The notes under the pieces were generated by a model. It was not told the DNA's origin, made no database searches, and saw only the letters and a list, made by a program, of their open reading frames with translations. From assembly GCA_963736115.1 (NCBI GenBank), contig CAVTNR010000008.1:1-64000 (forward strand): DNA of 64,000 nt. The letters run 5' to 3'. Source of the DNA: an uncultured bacterium. Its GTDB lineage: Bacteria > Zhuqueibacterota > QNDG01 > DTFT01. Position numbers and translations under genes: made by a program. Below, piece by piece: positions 1-7,937 of this stretch; positions within the stretch are counted from its first letter, which is position 1, and every line of letters starts with the position of its first letter.

Positions 1-390
1 GCTTTCGAGCGCGGCCTCGAGCTCAGCGATGAGGCGTTCCCGTTCGCGCTCTTCCGCGATGCGCTCCCGGCCGTCCCGCAGTGAGACGAGAATGCCGCAC
101 CCCTCCTTCCAGGGCAGGATGGTCAGGGTTAGATCGAGGCTCGCGGTTCCGCCGTCCTTGCGGAGAAACTCCACCGTGAACACACCGTCCAGGACATCGG
201 GCGGTCCGGACGGCGGCGGAAGGTCGGGGAAAAGGGACGAGAAGGCGCGGCCGTTCAGTTCCTGTATGTCGTATCCCAGAAGCTTGGCGGCGGATGCATT
301 GACCTTCAGGATGACGCCCGTGTCGCAGTCCGCGATCAGCAGGCCGTCCATGCTGTGATCGAAAACGGAGCGGTAGTGATCGGAGTTCAT
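1..390 (-). CDS. PAS-domain sensor protein, N-terminal part (runs off window start)
   Basis: Manual translation from ATG at 390: MNSDHYRSVFDHSMDGLLIADCDTGVILKVNASAAKLLGY...LRKDGG..., a PAS S-box pattern followed by a coiled coil (ERERLIAELEAAL). Absent from the ORF track because it is truncated. Confidence 0.75.
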   Translation of the reverse strand, partial: MNSDHYRSVFDHSMDGLLIADCDTGVILKVNASAAKLLGYDIQELNGRAFSSLFPDLPPPSGPPDVLDGVFTVEFLRKDGGTASLDLTLTILPWKEGCGILVSLRDGRERIAEERERERLIAELEAALES

Positions 391-504
391 GGATGGATCC
401 CTTCGTTTTCAAGGGTCTGAGAGACCGTTCAGGTCTGGCCGATATCCACTCTTGCGCGGCCTGAAGTCCGCGGCCACCAGGTCTTGTTTTGCTCCCCTCT
501 CCCT

Positions 505-535
505 GGATCCCCGATAAAAGAATTCGGGGGTGACA
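505..535 (-). repeat. Solitary GTCA-headed palindromic REP-like unit
   Basis: Reverse complement tgtcacccccgaattcttttatcggggatcc matches the units around the GIY-YIG gene at 40.9-41.7 kb. Confidence 0.75.
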
Positions 536-561
536 CCCCCCTTTACCCGAAACCCGAAACG

Positions 562-3099
562 TCACCTTCCTATAACGATTTTCCTCGCCGAGCATTGCCC
601 GTCCGCTTCGAGCCGGAGTATGTACACCCCGCTTGCCGTGGGGAGACCGGAATCGTCCCGGCCGTCCCAGGAGGCCGCATGCAGGCCGGCCTGCATTTTT
701 GAGGATACCAATATGCGGACAAGCCTGCCCCTGATGTCGAAAACCTGAACGGAAACGTGGCCGGCCGCTTCCGTCCGAAAACTGAAACGCGTTTCCGGAT
801 TGAAGGGGTTCGGAAAATTCGGGCCCAGGCCGAATCCCGAAGGGCCTCCGGTTTCCGGGGAATGCACGGCCGCGGCCGTGGTGTCGTCGCTTTCGGAGAA
901 GAGACCCGCTCGCTTCAGCTGGCTGATGAAAACCGCGGTCCGCTCCGGGAAATACCGGTTCTTCAGGAACGACCGTTCAGCCTGCCAGTGTTCGGGCGTG
1001 TAGAGCTCGAAGGGGCCCGCGGTCCAGCGGTGCTTGTCGCGGCGGTAGTCGCCCCAGCGGGCGGACTCGCAGAGCACGGCTTTTTCGACTTCCGCGGAGC
1101 GGGCGTTCCAGCGTGCCGCCGCCGATTCGGGCGTCAGAGCGCCGCCGTTGAAGCAGTGCAGCCGGATCCGGTCCGCGAGGAGCCGCAGGAATTTCGGGTT
1201 CCGCTTCAACCGCTGGAACAGACGGCTGGGCCGTCCCGCGTTGTTCTCACTCAGAATGTCCGCTTCGATGTCCTCGATGACATGCTCCGCGTCCCACGAG
1301 AAAAACCTGAAACCGTTTCCGGGATGGACGCGGTTGCGCACCGCGATCCAGTTGTGGTGGTCCCAGTCCCAGTTCGAGCCGTAGAAATTGATCAGCATGT
1401 AGTCGATCAGGCTGACCGCGTCCAGAGAGGTTTCGGCCGAGGGATCAATCGTGCCGTCCGGCTTCAGGCCCTGAATGCGCATCCAGGCCGCGTCGTCCAT
1501 GGTCCCGGCGTCGGCCAGAGACAGGAGCCGGTTCCAGGCAGTCGCGGTTCCGTCCACCGCCTCGCCATAGTCCTTGACCACGTCGTAGTCTTCCGCGTTC
1601 CCCCCGAGGCTGGCCGCGGCGAAATCGGCGTCGATCCGCTCCGTGGGATTGTACACGCCCCAGTAGAGGCCGTTGATATACAGGTGCACGAAAAAGCCGC
1701 GGCCCGAGGCATGGCCCATGGCGATCTGCGTGTCCTTGGCCCACAGGTCGTGGATGAGCTGACACTTGACGCGTTCGCTCTGGTTCATGTGCAGCCAGGT
1801 GTTGCCGTATGTGGCGCGGAGAATGACGGTGTTCAGAGCAACGGTGACGCCCGGGATGAAGGGGGCCTCGAGGCGCGTCGGGCCGTACTCGCCCCGGAAC
1901 AGGAGCCGGAACGAATGCTTGGGGGTTTTCTCGGGCCTGCGGCTGTGTCCGCCGTGCAGGCGCAGGCCGCAGTCGGCCTGAAAGCCGGTGGATCCGTCCG
2001 GCTGGATGAGTTCAACGGACGCGCGCCGCGTCCACCCGTCCCCGAGCAGGGGGACATCGCCGTCCCCGGGCGGGCCTGTATAGACGTAGATGCCGCCCTT
2101 TTGCGGGTCCTTGTCCTTCGAGAAAAGGCCGTCCCGGTCCGTGACAATGGAAAGCGCCGGGAGGGAGAGCAGAGACTCGCGCATGGCGCCGGCATATGCC
2201 GGGTCCTGGGTGATTTCCGGGTCCATGCCGTAATCCGCGGGCGCATTGCCGGGGATCGCGGTGAACGGTCCCCATTCTTGCGGGTAACCGGAGGGTTCGC
2301 CGGATTGCCGGATGATGTCCTCTGGAAACAGGAAGGTTGCGGTCGCGACGCGGCTCGAAATCGAATCCTGCAGAAAGGCCCTTGCCCTGAGCACGGTGGT
2401 GGTTTCGATGCGGATCACGCCGCTGACCGGAGTCACGGAATCCGGTCCGGGCTCGCTCCCGTCCGTGGTCACCCGGATGACCGCGCTTTCCGGGGAGGAC
2501 GTGATCAGAAGATCGAAGGCGGCATCATAATAACCGGTTTGCCTGCTGAAAACCGGGAGCGGCAGGATCGCCGCTGATCCAAAGAGGTTCTGCGCTCCGG
2601 GCGTGGGCCTGTTAGTGGGGAGATACGCGCCGTCGAGGAAAGCATAGGAGACATCGGCCGACTGTTCCGGATAAGCCGGGCTGAATTCAGATGCGGCCCG
2701 GCCCAGGGGTTCGAACAGCGCCAGGTATTCCCCGGATCCGTCGAGCTTGAAATTCGCGTGCAAATCGAACACCGGATCCGTCCGGTTCTTTCCGGACGCG
2801 AACACGGTGAGAAATCCGCCGGACGGGATCTGGACATTCGGGAAAACCCACTTGTCCGGATCTTCCGCGTTGTCGGACAGGGACCAGCCCGCCAGGTCCG
2901 CGGCCTCCGGACCGGAATTGTGCAGTTCGATCCAGTCGGACCTGTCTCCGTCCTCGTCCGCGAGCCCGTTGGAGTTGATTGCCAGGAATTCATTGATGCG
3001 GACCGAAGGCCCGTCCGCGGCCTGAAGCGCGCTGTATATATAGAGAACAAGAAACGCGGGAATCCATGAAGGGAAGCGTCCGGCTTTCAGCGAAATCAT
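562..3099 (-). CDS. CotH kinase family secreted protein (lamin-tail, Fn3-associated, CotH, C-terminal FlgD-Ig/T9SS-like domain)
   Basis: INEFLA..DWIELHN (lamin tail); YINGLYWGVY..TERID and NWDW..HNW (CotH); NFPNPFNPET..WDGRDDSG..ASGVY tail. Start MISLK at 3099 inferred. Confidence 0.85.
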   Translation of the reverse strand: MISLKAGRFPSWIPAFLVLYIYSALQAADGPSVRINEFLAINSNGLADEDGDRSDWIELHNSGPEAADLAGWSLSDNAEDPDKWVFPNVQIPSGGFLTVFASGKNRTDPVFDLHANFKLDGSGEYLALFEPLGRAASEFSPAYPEQSADVSYAFLDGAYLPTNRPTPGAQNLFGSAAILPLPVFSRQTGYYDAAFDLLITSSPESAVIRVTTDGSEPGPDSVTPVSGVIRIETTTVLRARAFLQDSISSRVATATFLFPEDIIRQSGEPSGYPQEWGPFTAIPGNAPADYGMDPEITQDPAYAGAMRESLLSLPALSIVTDRDGLFSKDKDPQKGGIYVYTGPPGDGDVPLLGDGWTRRASVELIQPDGSTGFQADCGLRLHGGHSRRPEKTPKHSFRLLFRGEYGPTRLEAPFIPGVTVALNTVILRATYGNTWLHMNQSERVKCQLIHDLWAKDTQIAMGHASGRGFFVHLYINGLYWGVYNPTERIDADFAAASLGGNAEDYDVVKDYGEAVDGTATAWNRLLSLADAGTMDDAAWMRIQGLKPDGTIDPSAETSLDAVSLIDYMLINFYGSNWDWDHHNWIAVRNRVHPGNGFRFFSWDAEHVIEDIEADILSENNAGRPSRLFQRLKRNPKFLRLLADRIRLHCFNGGALTPESAAARWNARSAEVEKAVLCESARWGDYRRDKHRWTAGPFELYTPEHWQAERSFLKNRYFPERTAVFISQLKRAGLFSESDDTTAAAVHSPETGGPSGFGLGPNFPNPFNPETRFSFRTEAAGHVSVQVFDIRGRLVRILVSSKMQAGLHAASWDGRDDSGLPTASGVYILRLEADGQCSARKIVIGR

Positions 3100-3172
3100 C
3101 CGTTCTCCGATCTTTTTGATTATAACGATCTTAAGGATTATGCGGAAGAATGTCAAGGAATTTTGGGGCGCG

Positions 3173-3218
3173 GGTGTCCGAAAGGCCCGCTGAGAAACGC
3201 GGGCCATTTCGGACCTAC
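3173..3218 (-). repeat. GTAG-headed REP-like palindrome (family GTAGGTCCGAAA...TTTCGGACA)
   Basis: Near-identical to 18489-18534 in opposite orientation. Followed by a (GGAACYC)n heptamer run at about 3224-3265. Confidence 0.75.
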
Positions 3219-3600
3219 AACTCCGAACCCGGAACTCGGAACCCGGAACTCGGAACTAAAGAACTTACCCCTACTGGCTGGCCGATTTCCGGCCATAATG
3301 CGGTAAAACCAATATATAGCGGCTCCGGATGCAAGCGGGCCCCATCCCATGGAACACCGGACAAACAGCAGACCCGACAGGAACCCGGTCTATAATCCAG
3401 GAGAAAAATCCCGGCCTGCCATTAGTGAGACCTGTCGTATAACACTTGATAATCTCCTTATTTTAATTATATTAGTGATTACTATCCGTGGTTCGTCAGG
3501 CGATGGGGCCGCTTCGGAAGCGGTCTTTTGCATGATAAAAATCCGGAATGGACGTCCGGTCACATGCATGGACGCGGTCCTGAAACGCGGAGAGCCTGCA

Positions 3601-3616
3601 TGGTACGCTTGTTGCT
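3601..3616 (+). promoter_or_regulatory. Sigma54 (-24/-12) promoter
   Basis: TGGTACGCTTGTTGCT versus consensus TGGCACG-N4-TTGCW, exact GG-GC spacing, about 110 bp upstream of 3727. Confidence 0.65.
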
Positions 3617-3726
3617 TATAGACGGTTGTCGATCTTCGCCGAAGGACGGGATGCCTGCGTTCGGCCGGTCCGCGTCAGGGGCGAGAGGATCGGACAGATT
3701 CACTCAAAGGCTTTAGGGGAAAACTT

Positions 3727-6700
3727 ATGGGATCCGTCCCATCCAGACGGGGGAGAAGCCTTCTCCCCTTCCGGCTCATTCCGCATGTCTTCGCATACGC
3801 CCTGATCGGCATTTTTGCCGCTGTCGCTCCGGCCGCGGGCCAGACCGGGGGCCTCAAGGTCCGAATCGACCGCATCACCATTGACACACTCACGACCCTG
3901 GGCGGCAAACGGGCCGACTTTCCGTCGCCCGTGATGTCCATCCTCACCGTGAAGGACAGGCAGAACCGCTATGTGCACGGTCTCGCGGACACCGTGCGCT
4001 GGCTCGGGGCCGGAGACGTCAACCAGCTCGGCCAGCCCGTATCGCAGGCGTGGCCGACGATACTCGAAACCCACGTCGATGACCCGTCCAAACCGCGCAA
4101 TCCCGACGTCACCACCACTTCGCCCGGCTTCGAGGTGCGCGAAATGCGCCTCGACATGGGTCTGTCCGTGGCCATCGTGATGGACTACAGCGGCAGCATG
4201 ATCGGCCGGTTCGACAGCATTAAGACCGCGGCAAAGGTATTCATCCGCCAGATGCAGTCGAAGGACCGCGTGGCGGTGTGGAAGTTCTCGAAGAAGAGCT
4301 TTCTCATGCAGGACTTCACCAGCGACACCACGGCTCTGATGCGGGCCATCGACTCGGACACGTCCGACTGGGCCGGCACGTATTTCTACGACGCCCTCTG
4401 GACCGCGCTGAAGGCCACCGAATTGCAGCCCGAGCGCCGCGTCGTCATCGCCTACACGGACGGCCGCGACCACAACATGGGGCACACCATCGACGAGGTG
4501 CTCGACCTCGCGCGCGCCGATTCCATCCCCATTTACCCGATCGGGCTCTCGAACAACAACCCGGCCGGCGGGGGACCCCAGATCGACAAGCTGCAGCAGA
4601 TCGCCTATGTCACGGGCGGCATGTCGTACTTCGCGCCGTCCATCGACTCCCTCGGCCCGATTTACCGCGAAATCTACGGACACATCAGCGGCTATTACGT
4701 GCTCGCGCACACGAGCCCCGATCCCTTCACCAACGGCAGGAAGCGCGCGCTCGATTTGACGATGCGGTACGACCAGGTCATGGGCAGCACCACCACCGTG
4801 TACACCGGGCGCGACACCGCGCATTACCAGGTGCCCTTCATTCCCCCCAATGTGACGCCGCGGCTCACGGTGTCCACGCCGAACGCGGCGCCGCCGGGCG
4901 GGACGCCCTTCGCGGTGGCCGGCGACACGGTGACGTACCGGATGACGGTGCGGAACACCGGCCGCGGTCCAGCGGCCGAGACCGTGGTCGCGCTCAGCCT
5001 GCACGATTCCCTGTCCTATGTCTCGGCCTCGCTGCCGCCTGATTCAGTGCGCGGCGGCACGGCCTTCTGGTCCTATTATTACATCGGCCGGCGCGACTCG
5101 ACGGTGCTCTCCTGCCGGGCGGTTCTGCCGCCCCGCATGCCCGCGGGTGACACGCGCGTGACCAGCGCGGTGTCCGTAACCTGCCTGGACGATTCCATAC
5201 TGACGGACAATGCCGCATCCGCGGATTTCCTGGCGGCCGCGAGACCGAACTTCTCCGTCCGCATCCGGCCCGTGATTGGAACAGTCACACCCGCGTATCC
5301 CTGGCCCGTGGAGGCCGTGGTTCGCAATGACGGCAACGCGGACCGCACCTCGCCCTTCAGCGTGATGCTCGACGGCGTGCCCTCCTGGGCCGCCCCGCTG
5401 ACAAACGTGATTTCCTCACTGGCCATGGGTGATTCGGCTGTCACTGTGTTCATGCCCTCCTTCAGACCCGCGGGAAGTCATATGATCGCCGCGGTCGCGG
5501 ATCCGCTGGGCACGGTGGCCGAGCTGGATGAAACGGACAATGCCGACACGTCGATCGTGGCCGTCGGAGTAACGGCCCTGGCCGCGAGACTCACCGATTT
5601 CACCACATCCGAAACCCTGCGCGGATGGAACGCCTGGTTCCCGGGACGGGTCATCGCGTCCGTAAGCCTCATGGACCAGAACGGCCATCCGGTGACAGGA
5701 CTGGCGGATTCGGACGATTGGGCCGGCCTGGAGGATCCGAATGAACTCGGAACTTCAGTCGGGTCGGTCTGGGCGGCTTTATCCGAGGTGCATGAGGAAA
5801 ATCCCGCTTTCCCGACTGTCACGGACGTGCGGCCAGGCCTCTCGGTCACGGAAGTCGCATCTTCGGCCGTATCCGCGGCCGTGGTGTTCGACCGGTCCGT
5901 CGGAAGCTTTGACGTGCGCTCCGACTTGTCCGCATTTTTCGGCCGGTTCTCCCGATCGGACCGCGGCGCGCTGATCGTATTCAACAACGGTGTTCAGACC
6001 CTTCAACCGCTGACCTCCGACGCGGCCGCGCTCCAGGCGGCGGTGAACGGGGCCTCAGCCTCCGGGTCGGGCCGCAGGTTCACGGATGCCGTGGCCTCCG
6101 CCATCGAAGCAGTCCGCGGGGTCGCCGGCAGGAACGGCGTGATCGCCGTGACGTCCGGAAACGACTCCGAAAGCGTCCGGAGCGCGGCTGAAGTCGCCCG
6201 GTTGTCCCGCGAGAGCGGTGTGCCCGTTCATATCATTGTCTGCGGCGAACACCCGGCTTACCCTGAAATCGATTCCCTGACCGCGGGTTCGGGCGGGTGG
6301 ACGATTAACGCGCTTTCCGGCGGCGAGAGCCGGTCCTTCTCCGAGGCCCTTCTTTCCGCGGAGGAAGCATTGCGGAATTTTTACGGCTTGGCCTTCGCTT
6401 CGTCCGACACGACACAGGACAGAACCTGGCGCCGTGTCAGCCTGCGGGTCGAGGCCTACGGCCTGGCGGCCCCGGACACGGGGCTGTACCGCACCCCGCA
6501 GGGCGCGGCGAATGTGGCCTTGCGCTGTTTCAGCAGGGGGACCTCGTTCACCGTGTCCGGCGGCGACACCACCTGGTTCGTGCGCACGGGCGAGAAAGTC
6601 CGCGTGTCCGTGGCCCTGCTCAACATCGGGCACCAGGACCTGACCGGCATCCGTTTGACGGACAGCCTGCCGCATTCCCTCGTGCCGGATTCGGTTGCGT

Positions 6701-7935
6701 TCAGCCACCAGTCCGCCGGAGACTCCCTCTCGTGGATCTGCGACAGCCTGCCCATACGCGGCATCCGGAATTATGTCTACACCCTGCGGGCCGACACCCT
6801 GTTCGCCCTGCAGAACACCGCGCTCTCGCATACGGTGCGCGCCTGGTGCGGCCCGGACACGTCTCTGCGAGACAACATTGCATCCAACACCGTTGTCTAC
6901 ATTCCGCTCCTGCCGCCGGACTTCGAGGTGGCCGTGGAAGGCCGGGGCGATTCCCTCGCCGTGGCCGGAACCGATTCGGTCTGGTATACGCATGCCGGCG
7001 GTCAGGTGAGGGTCACAGTCACGGTGACGAACCATGGCGAACTGGCCTGCCCGGCGATCTCCATGGTCGACATTCTGCCGCCCGAACTCACCCTGACCTC
7101 CTTCACGGGATCAGCTTACGCCCAGAGGGGCGACTCCCTGTTCTGGTTCATCGACGAATTGCGAAGCCGCGGCGGCAGCCGGGCCGTGACCTTTACCTGC
7201 GATGTGGACACGTTTCTTCCGCCCTGGGAAGTGCTCCTGGTCAACCGCGCCTGGGGGCATTCGGACAGTGAAACGCTCACCGGAAACAATGCGGACGCGG
7301 ACACGGTCATCGTGGCCGCGCTCATTCCGCCGGACCCGTCCGTGGAGGCGCATCCGTCCACGGTTGAGCCGGGCGACACCGTTTCCGTGCGCGTCGTGAC
7401 GCCCGTGACCGTGGCCGCCTGGGACCTGGAGGTTTTTTACGAAACGGGAGAGTCCTATCCGGACTACGCGGACGCCTTTATCGCGGCGAATCCCGATCTC
7501 CCGCAGGGCGCCTGGACGCTCGTCGCGCCGCCTGTTTCGGACACGCGCATGCGCACGACCCGGGAAAATGAGCGGGTCGGCGTCGTGTTCTTCACCGTGG
7601 ATCTTTGGAATGTGACGCGATCCGACACGGCTTTTTTCACCATCCGCAGCAGCGATGCTTTCGTGCTCGGCGGCAATGTCTTTCAGCCCGCGTCGGACGG
7701 CCGCCTTGAGTTCCGGTTTAAGCTGAGCTCGAATCGAAGGGCCGACCTGTCGGTGTACGACGCCTCGGGCGCGTTCATCCGCAATGTGGCCTCCGGCGCA
7801 TTCCCGGCGGGATGGAACACCGCCTGGTGGGACGGCATGGATGAAAACGGCCGTCGTGCCGGCAGCGGCGTGTACGTCGCGGTCGCGAACTCGGGCGGCC
7901 TGCACAAGGCCCTGAAATTTATTCTGGTGCGCTGA
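3727..7935 (+). CDS. Large secreted VWA-domain protein (2x VWA, DUF11/CARDB repeats, FlgD-Ig C-terminus)
   Basis: Signal peptide; MIDAS DYSGS..YTDG; GDTVTYRMTVRNTG (DUF11); VAELDETDN (CARDB); WDGMDENGRRAGSGVY tail. Confidence 0.8.
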   Translation: MGSVPSRRGRSLLPFRLIPHVFAYALIGIFAAVAPAAGQTGGLKVRIDRITIDTLTTLGGKRADFPSPVMSILTVKDRQNRYVHGLADTVRWLGAGDVNQLGQPVSQAWPTILETHVDDPSKPRNPDVTTTSPGFEVREMRLDMGLSVAIVMDYSGSMIGRFDSIKTAAKVFIRQMQSKDRVAVWKFSKKSFLMQDFTSDTTALMRAIDSDTSDWAGTYFYDALWTALKATELQPERRVVIAYTDGRDHNMGHTIDEVLDLARADSIPIYPIGLSNNNPAGGGPQIDKLQQIAYVTGGMSYFAPSIDSLGPIYREIYGHISGYYVLAHTSPDPFTNGRKRALDLTMRYDQVMGSTTTVYTGRDTAHYQVPFIPPNVTPRLTVSTPNAAPPGGTPFAVAGDTVTYRMTVRNTGRGPAAETVVALSLHDSLSYVSASLPPDSVRGGTAFWSYYYIGRRDSTVLSCRAVLPPRMPAGDTRVTSAVSVTCLDDSILTDNAASADFLAAARPNFSVRIRPVIGTVTPAYPWPVEAVVRNDGNADRTSPFSVMLDGVPSWAAPLTNVISSLAMGDSAVTVFMPSFRPAGSHMIAAVADPLGTVAELDETDNADTSIVAVGVTALAARLTDFTTSETLRGWNAWFPGRVIASVSLMDQNGHPVTGLADSDDWAGLEDPNELGTSVGSVWAALSEVHEENPAFPTVTDVRPGLSVTEVASSAVSAAVVFDRSVGSFDVRSDLSAFFGRFSRSDRGALIVFNNGVQTLQPLTSDAAALQAAVNGASASGSGRRFTDAVASAIEAVRGVAGRNGVIAVTSGNDSESVRSAAEVARLSRESGVPVHIIVCGEHPAYPEIDSLTAGSGGWTINALSGGESRSFSEALLSAEEALRNFYGLAFASSDTTQDRTWRRVSLRVEAYGLAAPDTGLYRTPQGAANVALRCFSRGTSFTVSGGDTTWFVRTGEKVRVSVALLNIGHQDLTGIRLTDSLPHSLVPDSVAFSHQSAGDSLSWICDSLPIRGIRNYVYTLRADTLFALQNTALSHTVRAWCGPDTSLRDNIASNTVVYIPLLPPDFEVAVEGRGDSLAVAGTDSVWYTHAGGQVRVTVTVTNHGELACPAISMVDILPPELTLTSFTGSAYAQRGDSLFWFIDELRSRGGSRAVTFTCDVDTFLPPWEVLLVNRAWGHSDSETLTGNNADADTVIVAALIPPDPSVEAHPSTVEPGDTVSVRVVTPVTVAAWDLEVFYETGESYPDYADAFIAANPDLPQGAWTLVAPPVSDTRMRTTRENERVGVVFFTVDLWNVTRSDTAFFTIRSSDAFVLGGNVFQPASDGRLEFRFKLSSNRRADLSVYDASGAFIRNVASGAFPAGWNTAWWDGMDENGRRAGSGVYVAVANSGGLHKALKFILVR

Positions 7936-7937
7936 GG

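Noticed and set aside
757-2577. Long antisense ORFs (also 7683-9611, 14414-16024, 35201-37057, 38645-40231)
   Set aside because: Shadow frames of real GC-rich genes with no recognisable motifs.
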